Source: Candidatus Daviesbacteria bacterium GW2011_GWA1_41_61
GTDB lineage: Bacteria > Patescibacteriota > Microgenomatia > Daviesbacterales > UBA10151
NCBI GenBank assembly: GCA_000997385.1
Contig: LCBT01000005.1
Span: forward strand, 1 to 59,262
Length of the DNA stretch: 59,262 bases
Direction of reading: 5' to 3'
Below are positions 38,134 through 49,157 of the stretch, in pieces. The notes below the pieces were generated by a model. The model worked only from the letters and a program-made list of their open reading frames with translations. It searched no databases and was not told where the DNA came from. Each line of letters opens with the position of its first letter. The stretch's first letter is position 1. Position numbers and translations under genes: made by a program.

Positions 38134-41100
38134 TCAGGGGGAAGGCGGAGGCGTCGATTCAGTTGATGTGCTGGGAGCAGGTGTAGGCTCACTTGACGAA
38201 GATGTAGTAGTTGTTGAAGTTGAGGGAGCAGGTGTAGGCTCAGTAGAGGTTGATCCCCCGCTGGTGGTGGTAGAACTGCTTCCCCCATCAGCCATACACC
38301 AACCGCCGCTGTCCGACATCCAATGGTAACCGGAAGGACAGGAACCTGAAGATGACCCGCTTGAAGTAGTACTTCCGCCAGAAGAAGTAGTGCCTTCAGA
38401 GGTTGTCGACTGACGGCAGGTACAAGCAGCAGAATCAAAGTACCAGCCGCTTCCGCAACTGGACGCTGACACATTATAACACCCGTCTGATGAAGCTGTT
38501 TTACAAGAACATGAACCAGAATCAAACCAACCGCTACCGCACCCGCCGGCTGGCGGGGAACAACTGGAACTACCAGTAGATGTAGTACTACTAGAGGAAG
38601 AATATTTGCAGCTGCAAGTTGAATAGTCCAAGTAAGATCCTCCGCTACAACTTATACCTTGACAATAATTAGTTGATGAGGGACCACTGCCTCCATAATA
38701 ACTACTGGAGCTTCGGCAAGAACAGGTCCCATAGTCCCAATAGGAATCAGAACCACAGCCGCTTGATGGAGGAGTACAAGTTGAGCCGGACCATCCGGAG
38801 TAGTAACTACCGGAGTAAGAGCTGGAGCTTCCTGAATAAGTTGGAATACAACCTCTCCCATCCCAATAATATCCCGGGCCACAGCTTGATTGGGTTAAGT
38901 TAGGAGAGTAATAATTATAACCACCCGGAGGCGGAGTACTACTTGTAGCAGTCCCGCTGGGAACATAGGTATTACCATCAGCCATACACCACCCACCGCT
39001 GTCAGACATCCAGTGGAAACCGGAAGGACACTGCCCCGGGGCGGTAGGTTTAGGCCCGCTGCCAGGCACTGTCCCCGCCGGCGGTGTAGTAGTGTAATAA
39101 GTTGGCGCCACGCCATAATAATTTGGCGGACTATAGGAATAAGAAGATGACGGATAACTGTTGGGAATACAATTGCCCCTCCCGCCGTCACTATCATATC
39201 CATAAGGACAGCCGTCATTGGGGCTATTATCACCCACCGGATATCCCGAGGTGGCAGGAGGAGCACCGGGGGCGGTGTAGTAAGGAGTGTAAGGTGTATA
39301 GCCGGGAGTAGCTGGACCAGATGGTGTATACGAACTAAAACTATAAGAGGAACTGTAATTACCGCTGTTACTCATACACCACCCGCCGCTGTCATACATC
39401 CAGTGAAACTCACTAGGACAAACACCGGCAGATTTGGAAGCTGGTCCTTGACCGTAAACCAAGGGCTTTCCATCCTTATCCACAGAGGCACCCTGGAACC
39501 CATAACCTCCACTTGCTCCATACCAACCACTCTGGGAAGAACCCCCATAAACCGGGCCTGAAGAAGTCAAAGAGGCAACAGGAATAGCTGCCCCCGGAGG
39601 CGGACAAGGGGTGTTAGCAGGGAAAAGAGGTGTTGGCAGATAACATGGTCCAGCCTCCCATCTGACCCCCAAGTTAAAAGAAAGCGCTTCAATTCTAGCA
39701 AGTTCTAAAGGTAAGGCAGCGTTAGGATTTTTCTTCCTAAACTCCTCTATCTTTTGGATAGCCTCTTTAGTCGGTTTAAACTCTTCCTGCAAAGCAGCTA
39801 CTGCTAAGACGATATCCTTGCGGTTTTGAAAGTCTTCCAGCCGGACAATATCCGGTCTGATGGTTTGAGTTATTTCTTCGATTCTGGTAAACCGTACATA
39901 CGGTCTGATCTCTGCCGGTACCTCTTTACCTGGCTCAAAATTCTTTTGGAAATCTGCCAGTTTTTCAACAATTCCTTCATTCTTTTCTACTGTTTTTTCA
40001 ATCTTCTCCTTTTGATCGCTGATAGTGGCCATCTCTTCAAGTTTTTTGAGTTCTTCAACTTTCCACTGTGTTCCCTGATCCACCTGGCTAAAATCTTCAT
40101 TTAAGAAGGATGTGTCAGTTGGGGTTAATCCTCCTTTGGCTACTAACTCCCCCAGCTTCAACCTCGCCTCTACCCTGGAACTTGCCTGAAGCATCTTCTT
40201 TTTATCCTCTTCGGAGATCATCTGCTCTGGCAAAGCCTCAATTTTGGCTTTAACCTCGTCGGGGATTGGTGGCTCACTGGCAAGATCAGCTGCTTTATCT
40301 ACCCCTAAAATAATAGAGGAAGAGGCTGCACTAATAGCCGCAGCGGACTCATTAGTGGCCACAACTTCAATCTTTTGCAGAATTAGGTTCTGTTCAACTG
40401 CTTCCTTAACTAACCTTTGGCTAATAGCTTTTTTGGCATCCTCAGATAAAGATCCTTCAGAGAGGTCATTGAACATCTCCTGCATCTTGGCAGTGTAGGA
40501 CGCAAGAGCCTGGGCAAAATTTTCCTTCTGACCCTTTTCTAAAGCGGCGTACCCTTCAGCCAATCTTTCCCTGGCTTGAGAGATTCTCACCTCTTGCCTG
40601 GCCTCCGGGGTAAAAGCCGTAGCGAATCGGATAGTCTCACCCAACTGTTTTAAAGGGTACAAGGGACTTCCTGGGGTAGCAAAAGTTGGCCTGAACTCGA
40701 AAGTAGTAACCTTCGAAGCTCCTGACTGATCCTGGTTAAATGGCTCCACCGCGGGGATACATTTACTCTCAGACCAACTCCAATAGTCTCCTGACTCCTT
40801 ACAAGCAGGTGTAGTGTCCTTAGGATAGGGCTCACCAACTTTTGGGGAACGGATACATTTTTGTTCTTCAAAAGAGTAATACTGTCCCCTGGTGCAACGG
40901 TATTGGGAAGAGTCATAGATCGGCTTTCCATCCTTATCCCAAACACAACCATTAGGTATCTTATAGGAAGATCCCTCCGGACAACTCTTTGACCTTTCTT
41001 CAAATTCTTTATCATCTTTAGGTTCCGGCTCAGGCTTGGGGATAGGCAAAGGCAGAGGGCCTCCACCGGTAAATGCCTGACAACTTTGAGTTTCCCAGGC

Positions 41101-43452
41101 CCAAGTATACCCCACAGGACAAATTGGTTGGGCATCATCTTGAAATCCTTTACCCGGTTCATAGGCGACACATTGCCTGGCAGCAAAGGAATAGTATTGC
41201 CTGGGGCCCTCGCATCTGTATTGGTCATAGTCGTTAAGTTTTCTGCCGGTGTCTGCCCAAACACAGCCTTCAAACTGTTTAAAAATCGCTCCTGCCGGAC
41301 AAGCGCTGAGTACGGCATCCTGCGCCCTGGGAGAGGTAGCAGCAGATGGTGTAGCGTCAGGTTTCACCTCAGGCCCAAACTGACCACCATTTATCGGCCG
41401 GGGGGAAGCTACTAATTTCTGATAGGTTTTCGCCAAGTCTTCCCTGCCTCCCAAATCTTCCGGCTTAATAAATGACGTATCAATAGAACTAAACAGCGCC
41501 GTTTCTCTTTGACCTAACGCTGTAATCGTCGCTTTTAAAGCCGGAGTCCGGGCAAATTCACTCTGGACCGATCTTAAGTTTTGCAACTCCTCTACTTTTC
41601 TCACCTCGACCAGTTGGTTGTAGTCACTAGGTGAGGTTAAAACCTGAGCTTCGTCAAGTTTTTTGGAATCGGCCGGCGGAAATGTGCCAATCTCCACTAA
41701 CTTCCTAATCTTTTTCCGGGCTTCTTCCCGGGAATTGGAGCGGACCAATTCTTCCGCTTCCTCAGGTAAAATCAGTCCCTGGGCTTTCAAGTCACCTAAA
41801 CGGTCAAATAAAGCCGGAGGTAAAGCCGGTCTACCTTGTATATCGGCGCTTCTATCCAAAGCATTCTCGGTTGCCTGAATCGCCTCAGTTATTAACTGAC
41901 CATCTACAGGGACAGGCAACAGCCCCTTTTCCAAAACTATCTCATGCCTAGCTGCCTGACTCTCCAATTTTCCTGCCACCTCTTGAGCCTTTTGGTTATC
42001 TTGGGAGTTTTTAAGGTAGGAGGAGGCCTCTTCCATAGCCTGCTGGTAGCTTTTGATTGCCCCCTCATAAAAAGAAGCTGCTTTAGAATCCAAAGACAGT
42101 GCTTGAGCCTCAGCTAAACGGCGTTCGGCTTGCTGCATCTTCAATCTGGCTTTGTCTGCTGGGTCAAAGGTAAAGGTAAACTGTAAGTTTTCACCTAACT
42201 GCTTAATAAAATAAGTCGTTTGCCCGGGTAAAGCCCCACCCGTTTCTCCAAGATAAGAATCAGCTTTGGGGGGAACAGATGTAGCCACAGAAGGAGTTGC
42301 AGATGCACTCTGGTTAGCTGCAGAAGAGGTGGGCGAAGGGCTGGGGGGAGGTATATAAGTAGGATTGCTCACTACTGCTTGAGGATAAAGCTTAGTTAGT
42401 TGTGATTGTTGGTCCGGGGCAAAGTTTGACAGATCAACCTCTTTGGCTAAATCCTGGGCCCGATTATACCAAAGATATGGTTTGATATCATTTGGTGGTG
42501 GAGTGAGGGGGTTTGTCTGCCATTTTTCTATCTCCTCTAAAATCTTGTCTGAAGGCTGGGGAAGGGTTTGATAAACCTTAATCTCAGCTACCTGCAGATT
42601 AGCTGTCATTGTTTGATGGACATCCGGGTAACTTTTAGCTACTGCAGTGTCTAATTTAATAAGCTCTGAGGCAGGAAACTGACCGGAAGAAGCTAGTTTG
42701 TCTAATTCTTCCCTAACCCCACTTCGGCTATCCAAGCTGTATAATTTATTACTCTCTTCCTCAGAGATTAGTCCCTGTTCTTTTAGTTTCTGGATACTGC
42801 CAGACAGATCAGCCGGCAAAGGAGGTTCACCTCTAACTTCGGCAATCTCATCTAAGACTCTTTGGGCTGTTTGGGAAACCGAATTCCACCCTTCGGCTTG
42901 AACAGGAGGAGAGCTTAAACTTAAGGTTTGAGCAACTACAACCTGAGCAGCAGCTACCTCTTCCACTTTATCAGCTAAAACCTGAAATCCTGGATTATTT
43001 TTCTCAGTCAAACCGGAAAGGTTCTGGGTAACCTCCTGGAAAATATCGCGGTAATCGTCAAAGGCCAAAGAAGCAGCCTCAGTTTTACCCTCCTCCATCA
43101 AAGTCTTGGCTTCAGACATCCTCTCAGAAGCAAATCCCAACCTTAGTTCCTCTCTTTTGACAGGATCAAAAGTAAAGGCAATTTGGATATTTTCAGTAAC
43201 TCTTTCCAAAGGATAGAAAGGGCTTCCGGGCAAAAGGCCGGAAGACTTAGGGGGCACTAGATTGTCCGGGATTTTAGGAACAGGCAAATTTTCTAAAGAT
43301 GAAAAAGAAAAACCTAAAATTTGGGGTTGGTTATAGTAGGGACCAAAATCATAATATTGATTCTTTAAAGCATAAAGGGGCTGGGGTCTAAAACTCCAAG
43401 CGATAAGGGTGAATACAGCAATAACAAGGGCCAGCTTTTTTGCACCAAACAT
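38134..43452 (-). CDS. 1772-aa exported protein with three DUF5667-like domains, Cys-rich repeats and S/T/P tail
   Basis: Signal peptide; three LPG/TPGSP.YP....E...FT..P units; CPSGxHWMSDSGGWCM-type repeats. Confidence 0.85.
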   Translation of the reverse strand: MFGAKKLALVIAVFTLIAWSFRPQPLYALKNQYYDFGPYYNQPQILGFSFSSLENLPVPKIPDNLVPPKSSGLLPGSPFYPLERVTENIQIAFTFDPVKREELRLGFASERMSEAKTLMEEGKTEAASLAFDDYRDIFQEVTQNLSGLTEKNNPGFQVLADKVEEVAAAQVVVAQTLSLSSPPVQAEGWNSVSQTAQRVLDEIAEVRGEPPLPADLSGSIQKLKEQGLISEEESNKLYSLDSRSGVREELDKLASSGQFPASELIKLDTAVAKSYPDVHQTMTANLQVAEIKVYQTLPQPSDKILEEIEKWQTNPLTPPPNDIKPYLWYNRAQDLAKEVDLSNFAPDQQSQLTKLYPQAVVSNPTYIPPPSPSPTSSAANQSASATPSVATSVPPKADSYLGETGGALPGQTTYFIKQLGENLQFTFTFDPADKARLKMQQAERRLAEAQALSLDSKAASFYEGAIKSYQQAMEEASSYLKNSQDNQKAQEVAGKLESQAARHEIVLEKGLLPVPVDGQLITEAIQATENALDRSADIQGRPALPPALFDRLGDLKAQGLILPEEAEELVRSNSREEARKKIRKLVEIGTFPPADSKKLDEAQVLTSPSDYNQLVEVRKVEELQNLRSVQSEFARTPALKATITALGQRETALFSSIDTSFIKPEDLGGREDLAKTYQKLVASPRPINGGQFGPEVKPDATPSAATSPRAQDAVLSACPAGAIFKQFEGCVWADTGRKLNDYDQYRCEGPRQYYSFAARQCVAYEPGKGFQDDAQPICPVGYTWAWETQSCQAFTGGGPLPLPIPKPEPEPKDDKEFEERSKSCPEGSSYKIPNGCVWDKDGKPIYDSSQYRCTRGQYYSFEEQKCIRSPKVGEPYPKDTTPACKESGDYWSWSESKCIPAVEPFNQDQSGASKVTTFEFRPTFATPGSPLYPLKQLGETIRFATAFTPEARQEVRISQARERLAEGYAALEKGQKENFAQALASYTAKMQEMFNDLSEGSLSEDAKKAISQRLVKEAVEQNLILQKIEVVATNESAAAISAASSSIILGVDKAADLASEPPIPDEVKAKIEALPEQMISEEDKKKMLQASSRVEARLKLGELVAKGGLTPTDTSFLNEDFSQVDQGTQWKVEELKKLEEMATISDQKEKIEKTVEKNEGIVEKLADFQKNFEPGKEVPAEIRPYVRFTRIEEITQTIRPDIVRLEDFQNRKDIVLAVAALQEEFKPTKEAIQKIEEFRKKNPNAALPLELARIEALSFNLGVRWEAGPCYLPTPLFPANTPCPPPGAAIPVASLTSSGPVYGGSSQSGWYGASGGYGFQGASVDKDGKPLVYGQGPASKSAGVCPSEFHWMYDSGGWCMSNSGNYSSSYSFSSYTPSGPATPGYTPYTPYYTAPGAPPATSGYPVGDNSPNDGCPYGYDSDGGRGNCIPNSYPSSSYSYSPPNYYGVAPTYYTTTPPAGTVPGSGPKPTAPGQCPSGFHWMSDSGGWCMADGNTYVPSGTATSSTPPPGGYNYYSPNLTQSSCGPGYYWDGRGCIPTYSGSSSSYSGSYYSGWSGSTCTPPSSGCGSDSYWDYGTCSCRSSSSYYGGSGPSSTNYCQGISCSGGSYLDYSTCSCKYSSSSSTTSTGSSSCSPPAGGCGSGWFDSGSCSCKTASSDGCYNVSASSCGSGWYFDSAACTCRQSTTSEGTTSSGGSTTSSGSSSGSCPSGYHWMSDSGGWCMADGGSSSTTTSGGSTSTEPTPAPSTSTTTTSSSSEPTPAPSTSTESTPPPSP

Positions 43453-43514
43453 TTAAGTTGCCCGTCTGCTAACTTTAGCTTAAGATACATCTTTTCCTGT
43501 TGTCAAGAGGTTGT

Positions 43515-44108
43515 TTATTCTTCTTTGCTTTCAAAGGAAGCTTCTCTTTTGGTGGTAAGGATATTGGCGTTATCAGAGTTTCTAAAGATGGCTGAGTCTC
43601 CTAAAGTTAGGTTAACTAACCCTGCAGCTTGAGCTTTAAAGATAATTTCTGCCATGATTATTCCTTCCTCCCCTGCCTGGGTTTTAACCCCCGGGCTGGG
43701 GACTCCTCCTATTAAAGTAATTGTCCCTTTACTGTTATCAAAAGACTGTGAAGCCCAGTTGGTAATAAAACTCCTATCTGTTTTGAAACCTTCCACCTTT
43801 AAAAGGTCTGCCGGGAATTTAATTTTGGCAGCAAAAAGGTTGGAAGGGTCACTGTCGGAGTGGATATAAACCACTACCGCTGCTTCCTGCCCTGCTTGAA
43901 CCTCCTGAGGAGCTTTTAAAGATAAGCTGGTCTCTGACCCAGAAATAATTACTGGCTGAACAATACTTTCATAAGCTTTAGGTTGAAAAATCTGCCTTTG
44001 CCCCACCAGATAAACCGCTAAGACCAGCCCCAATAAAACCCCTGTTAAAATCACCAAAGTTAAGACACCTTTTCTATTAAGCTTTAAACCAGTTAATAAC
44101 TCTTCCAT
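43515..44108 (-). CDS. Membrane-anchored cohesin-domain protein
   Basis: TM helix; KFPADLL...DNSKG.I...GG, IIFKA beta-sandwich pattern. Confidence 0.78.
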   Translation of the reverse strand: MEELLTGLKLNRKGVLTLVILTGVLLGLVLAVYLVGQRQIFQPKAYESIVQPVIISGSETSLSLKAPQEVQAGQEAAVVVYIHSDSDPSNLFAAKIKFPADLLKVEGFKTDRSFITNWASQSFDNSKGTITLIGGVPSPGVKTQAGEEGIIMAEIIFKAQAAGLVNLTLGDSAIFRNSDNANILTTKREASFESKEE

Positions 44109-44126
44109 GATCTATTTAAGATAATA

Positions 44127-45023
44127 TCACAATTTTAACTCTCCGCTCTGGGAACTTTCTTCTATAACCTCTTTTTCCAGTAAAATCTTCACTAAAATTG
44201 AAAAATCTATGGAGTTAACATGGCTATCCAAGTTAAGATCAGCTCTCTCCCCTGGGGAAGTTTGTCCAAAACGGCTCAAGAGGGCACTTAAATCTATCAA
44301 ATCCACTATCCCGTCCCCATTAATATCACCTTTGATAGTGAAGATTGGAGTTGGGACAGCCCCGCCGATGGTTAAAGCCAGCTCCTGCTTGGTAACTAAA
44401 ATATTAGCATTATCTAAATTCCTATAGATTGCCGAGGTATCATCAAAAGAGATGGCAGCTGAGCCAGTCTTTTTGGCCTTAAAAAGGATCTGGGCCATCA
44501 AAGCCCCCTCACCCCCCAGAAGAGTTTTAAACCCCGGATCAGGCACTCCTCCTACCAAAGACACTGAACCATCGCTGTTGTCAAAAAAATTTTCCACCCA
44601 GTTGGCAATAAACCAATCAGAGATAAAACCATCCCCTCCGGTAGGTTTAAGATTGATACTGGAAACTTCCAAGATATCTGTAGGGAATTTTAACCTAGCT
44701 ACAAATAAATTGGCTTCTTCTGTTTCTGATTTAACCACCACTGAAACATTGAACTCACTGCCCGCCGGAATAGCTGAACTGGTAGCCAATAAAATATAGC
44801 TGGCCGAAGAAGAAGGGGGAGCCGTTACCACCACAGGTTCCTCTTGGGACCTAAATAAATTCCCTGCCAGAGGAGCTAAAACAACTGCTAACCCCAGCAA
44901 AACCGCTAAGATGCCTCCTCCTATTAAGATCTTTTTGCTTTTTTCTAACATATTACCTTCTATCTTAGGTAGTTGAAGATTTTGGTCATCCATGTCTTTA
45001 AGTATCCAGGAGTCTAAAGTCAT
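44127..45023 (-). CDS. Cohesin plus dockerin domain protein
   Basis: Cohesin paralogous to 43515-44108; GDINGDGIVDLID and ADLNLDSHVNSID. Confidence 0.82.
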   Translation of the reverse strand: MTLDSWILKDMDDQNLQLPKIEGNMLEKSKKILIGGGILAVLLGLAVVLAPLAGNLFRSQEEPVVVTAPPSSSASYILLATSSAIPAGSEFNVSVVVKSETEEANLFVARLKFPTDILEVSSINLKPTGGDGFISDWFIANWVENFFDNSDGSVSLVGGVPDPGFKTLLGGEGALMAQILFKAKKTGSAAISFDDTSAIYRNLDNANILVTKQELALTIGGAVPTPIFTIKGDINGDGIVDLIDLSALLSRFGQTSPGERADLNLDSHVNSIDFSILVKILLEKEVIEESSQSGELKL

Positions 45024-45180
45024 TTGTCAATCAGAAAACTTTATGATGGACATCAGTTTACTGTCGTCCATGAGGCCTACTTTGAGGTGTAAAAGGCCTT
45101 GACAACTTCTGAAGGTTTGTGATATATATTGCAATAGAAGAAACAAAGAAGATCCACTTCGATGTTTTAAGGAAGGTATT

Positions 45181-45396
45181 ATGAGTAGTAAGGTGTCTTT
45201 AGAAAATCTCCCTGATTTGTTAACAGTCAAAGAAGTAGCTGAAGTCTTGCGTGTCTCCCCCTTAACTATAAAGCGATGGGGCAAAAGAGGTAAGCTCCCA
45301 GCTATTAGAATCAACTCCCGGGGGGACCGTCGCTATAAGAAGGAAGCAGTCTTATGGCTTCTGGGCATTACCCAGAAATCAGCCTCTATTGTCTAA
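45181..45396 (+). CDS. Small MerR/excisionase-like HTH protein (BldC-like)
   Basis: LLTVKEVAEVLRVSPLTIKRW...GDRRY. Confidence 0.88.
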   Translation: MSSKVSLENLPDLLTVKEVAEVLRVSPLTIKRWGKRGKLPAIRINSRGDRRYKKEAVLWLLGITQKSASIV

Positions 45397-45481
45397 ACAA
45401 ACCTCATCAACTCTTTTATCACTTAGGATAATCTATTGCTAACCTCTAGTGATTAGATTGTCCTAAGGCTTTAATCATTAT

Positions 45482-45991
45482 TTAAAGTGTAGATATCTGC
45501 GGGTGGATATTATAGTTGGGGTTGGCCTCAAAACCAATCTCTCCTTTTTTATCAATTATATAATAAGCAAAACCATGTTTTTGTTTAACCGGCTCAAAGT
45601 TATGAACTTTAGGATCATTGGGAGAGTTATCAATGGTTACCAAATATGTCTTGCCAACATTTATTAAACAGTGTCCATAGCCCACCGGAATCTCTATTAC
45701 TGAACCTGACCTTACCCCCACCACTTTAAACTCTTTGGCCTCTCCCTCCTCATCATTGCGCTGCATCACTAGCACTCCCTGTCCGTAAACTATATGATAG
45801 ATCTCTATGCCTTGGTAAGTGTGAAAGTGGCCATAAGTCTTATTGAATTCATTACCATTTTTACCGGGAGTTAGAATAGTTACATTTTGTCCGGCCTCAC
45901 CCCTAATCACAAAATATGGCTCCTTAATCCCCTCCCCTTGGGGATCCATCAGCACTTCTTTGACTTGTTGTCTAGTTCTGGTTTGAATCAT
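45482..45991 (-). CDS. Cupin-type glucose-6-phosphate isomerase family protein
   Basis: KTYGHFH, EIY, IPVGYGHCLIN; coupled to a ROK kinase. Confidence 0.85.
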   Translation of the reverse strand: MIQTRTRQQVKEVLMDPQGEGIKEPYFVIRGEAGQNVTILTPGKNGNEFNKTYGHFHTYQGIEIYHIVYGQGVLVMQRNDEEGEAKEFKVVGVRSGSVIEIPVGYGHCLINVGKTYLVTIDNSPNDPKVHNFEPVKQKHGFAYYIIDKKGEIGFEANPNYNIHPQISTL

Positions 45992-46832
45992 CGGCTAACT
46001 TGGCTCCTCCATAAACTCCACTCATCTCATCCAGTTTAGCATAAACAACTTCCACCTCGTCAACCGCCCCCTTCATCCCCACTTTCTTCATAGTATCAAC
46101 AGCCTCAGTTAAAAAATCCCGTCTCTTGTGACCCGGGACTTGATGTTTTAACTTACCTCCCCCTAAAATAATCATTTGAGGGTTAAAAATGTCCACAATA
46201 TTAGCCAAACCATAACCCAAAAATTTAGCCATCTCGAGCCAACTTTTAGAGGCATTAATTAAAGCTTCCAGACAGCCATGATGACCTAGCCCACAAGTAG
46301 GTAAATTTTGAATTTTGAATTTTGAATTTTGAATTTCTAGAAAGGCGTGCCCTATCTCTCCAGCCTTTCCCGACTTTCCATGATCAATCCTTCCCTCTAT
46401 CATAATAGCTCCTCCTATTCCTGAGCCTAAAGTTAACATCACTACATCCTTCATCCCTCTTCCTACCCCCTGCCAAACCTCTCCCAAAAGAGCTAAATTG
46501 GTATCGCGGTCTAAAAATATAGGAGCTTTAAACTCACTTTGGAATTGGTCTCTCAGATCTATCGGTTGGAGATTGCCAATATTAGAAGAAGGCAGCAACC
46601 AGCCATGTTTTAAATCTAACGGGCCGGGAGTACCTAACCCAATAGCCTTAGGGTAAAAACGTTTCTCCGGGATTAGCATATTCAACTGGTCAAGTGTTAA
46701 CTCAGCCAACTGGTTAGGGTGGTCTTTTAAGGGAGAGGCGGTTTGAGAAGCAGCTATAATCTCCCCCTCTAAGTTAAAGATCCCTACCCTCAGGTTAGTT
46801 GCCCCACAGTCCACCCCCACATAGACTTTCAT
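45972..46832 (-). CDS. ROK family sugar kinase (glucokinase-like)
   Basis: GVDCGAT, TLGSGIGG, GEIGH...CGLGHHGCLE. Confidence 0.9.
   Translation of the reverse strand: MKVYVGVDCGATNLRVGIFNLEGEIIAASQTASPLKDHPNQLAELTLDQLNMLIPEKRFYPKAIGLGTPGPLDLKHGWLLPSSNIGNLQPIDLRDQFQSEFKAPIFLDRDTNLALLGEVWQGVGRGMKDVVMLTLGSGIGGAIMIEGRIDHGKSGKAGEIGHAFLEIQNSKFKIQNLPTCGLGHHGCLEALINASKSWLEMAKFLGYGLANIVDIFNPQMIILGGGKLKHQVPGHKRRDFLTEAVDTMKKVGMKGAVDEVEVVYAKLDEMSGVYGGAKLADDSNQN
46304..46336. repeat. Heptamer tandem repeat (AATTTTG)x4.7 inside the ROK gene
   Basis: Encodes IQNSKFKIQN. Confidence 0.9.
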
Positions 46833-46886
46833 ATCTTCAGTCTATCACAATATTTGCTGCAATGGCCACCACTCACCAGGATAACA

Positions 46887-48035
46887 TTAAAACAAGGCTT
46901 GAGCAATTTTTTCAAAATAATTGTCGCTACCTAAAGCGAGAAAGGTATGTTTAATGGGAAAAATATCTTTATTTCCTTTCTCTCCTTGAACCTTTATCTC
47001 TATACAAGTGTAACTTTTCTTGTAATCCTCTATTATCAAATCCACTTCCTTGCCTCCATATTCTCTGTAAAAATACAGATTAACTTTTATATTAGCTATT
47101 TTTCGTTGTTTGGTAATCTCCGACAAAATAAAGTTTTCCCAAACCCCGCCTTTGTCCGGACGAAGGTCAAGAGGCCGGAAATCCCGCACTAAAATATTGC
47201 GTATTCCCAAATCATAAAAGTAAAGTTTTCTATTTTCCGATACGGCACGCCTGATATTGGTTTTAAACGAAGGCAAGGGAATCAAAATATAGTTTTTGAT
47301 AAAAATTTCAATGTAATTTGCAACGGTGGTGACATTTGCTCCCAAACTACCGGCTATTTCTCTTATTGATACTTCCGATCCCAGCTGAAGAGCTATTTTA
47401 GTAAGAATATCCTTGGCAAGCTTAGTATTTTTCAGTTCATAAATGTTAATAATATCTTTTAAGATATAAGTATCCAGGATATTCTGCAAAAGATCGATCC
47501 GCTCCGATTCTGATAATTGATCTTGAGTATATATTTCCGGATAGGCACCAAATATCTGCAGTTTTTCTGCCAAACTACGCTCAAAGATTGGTCTTTCAGA
47601 CCCTCTTGTCTTTTTATTTTCGGCAATCTCGAAAATAGACAGCGGTAAACAGTATGTTTCAAAAAAGCGCCCGGTCATGGTATCAAAATCTTTAGATTGC
47701 TGACGAAGTTCGCTGCTGCCGCTAGCAATCACCTTTACCTTAAACTCATCATGAAGAAGTTTGAGCATCACTGTTGCTTCAGGATAATTTTGGACCTCAT
47801 CGATTAAGATGACCTTATTCTCTTTAACAATTTTTTCCAGGACTTCTTTGCGGGGAGCAAATTTTTCTCTGTCTGATTCAAGATCAAAGTTAAACCTGAC
47901 TACACTTAACTCTTTTGCCAGTTTGGAAAGTAAGGTTGTTTTACCGGAACGCCGGGGTCCCCAGATATACAATATTTTATAATTGTCATCTTTTAAGTAT
48001 TGATTTATGGTTTTTTCAATCGCCCGTTTTAACAT
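46887..48035 (-). CDS. AAA_14 ATPase with DUF4143-like domain
   Basis: GPRRSGKTT, IDEVQ, SGSS, KLYFYDLG, EVDLI...EIK. Confidence 0.9.
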   Translation of the reverse strand: MLKRAIEKTINQYLKDDNYKILYIWGPRRSGKTTLLSKLAKELSVVRFNFDLESDREKFAPRKEVLEKIVKENKVILIDEVQNYPEATVMLKLLHDEFKVKVIASGSSELRQQSKDFDTMTGRFFETYCLPLSIFEIAENKKTRGSERPIFERSLAEKLQIFGAYPEIYTQDQLSESERIDLLQNILDTYILKDIINIYELKNTKLAKDILTKIALQLGSEVSIREIAGSLGANVTTVANYIEIFIKNYILIPLPSFKTNIRRAVSENRKLYFYDLGIRNILVRDFRPLDLRPDKGGVWENFILSEITKQRKIANIKVNLYFYREYGGKEVDLIIEDYKKSYTCIEIKVQGEKGNKDIFPIKHTFLALGSDNYFEKIAQALF

Positions 48036-48113
48036 GAGTTTACTATATCATTTTACTACTAATTTGTATATTGTCAATATATAATTTAATAATAATTTGT
48101 ATAAAAAGGTGGA

Positions 48114-49157
48114 TTAGGGAATACAACCGTTGCCACCATTATACAAATTACTAATTTCAGGGCCAGAAAGAGCCCGGTTATAGACTCTCAAATCATCAAT
48201 TTTGCCTGCGAATAATCCATATCCATCATTGTGTATACCGATAACCAAAGGAACAACACCTAATGGATTCGATACTGATGAATATACTCCGCTAGTTTGT
48301 TCATTTGCGGGATTTCCACCATCAAGATAGAGTCTTAAAAAAGAGCTTCCTTTAAAAGTTGCTGCAACATAATGCCATACACCGGCTGAAACAGAACCTA
48401 TTGGTACCTGCGCTGAATTTCCAGACGTATCAACTCCTGAAGAAACCCAAATCACAAAATTAGCACCCCCATAACTTCTGCCAAAGTAAACACCATAGTC
48501 AATATCACCAACCTCCCGACGCCATTTGGAAAGTATCAGCTCCATATCCTGAGCAGGAAGACCAGTATTCTTCCATGAAGAAACATAAAACCATCCTGAA
48601 ATAGTAAACTCATTAGTAAATAAAGCATTGCTCACTGTACTAATATAATCATTACTTCCATCAAAATTTCCGGCATTTTTAAAAACACCTGTAGGATCTG
48701 GTGTATGCTGCGTTATATTGGCTCCACCATAAGCTGTGCCGTTATTACCATTCCCTGAACTGTCCCTCACTTCTCCAGGGGTACTATTCCAGTTAGTAGT
48801 TTCATCCATCTTCCAATAACCAACCAAACCATCATCTAAAGTACCGTTGGGATCACAAGAAGGAGGATGATAGGTACCATTATAGACTCCAATGGCTGTT
48901 AAATCTCCTCTCATGGAACTTTTACAAAAACAGGTTTGGGAGGGTGAGTTACAAGACCTTAAGGGATGGTTATCTAAAGCAGCACACAGTTGAAAAGAGG
49001 AGGTGGCAGATTGAGGTACACCAAAATAGCTTGATCCGTCCGGATCTTTAGGGATTACTCCTTCCGAAAAATCATTGGGATCCAGCTGCTGGTATAAAGA
49101 AGAACCATAATCAAACCTGGTCTCTAAATTTTTAGCCAGAGTATCAATATTAGACCT
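48114..49157 (-). pseudogene. Headless pilin-body plus LamG domain frame (silent cassette or 5'-truncated paralog)
   Basis: 348-codon frame starting right after TGA (49158-49160); first 28 codons match the pilin at 1-84; LVGYWKMDE...FAGKIDDLRVYNRALS LamG motifs. Confidence 0.8.

Noticed and set aside
38061-42901. Alternative ORFs overlapping the 1772-aa gene and rplL
   Set aside because: Overlap well-supported genes and have no recognisable motifs.
45027-45314. 95-aa minus-strand ORF
   Set aside because: Antisense to the well-supported HTH gene at 45181-45396.
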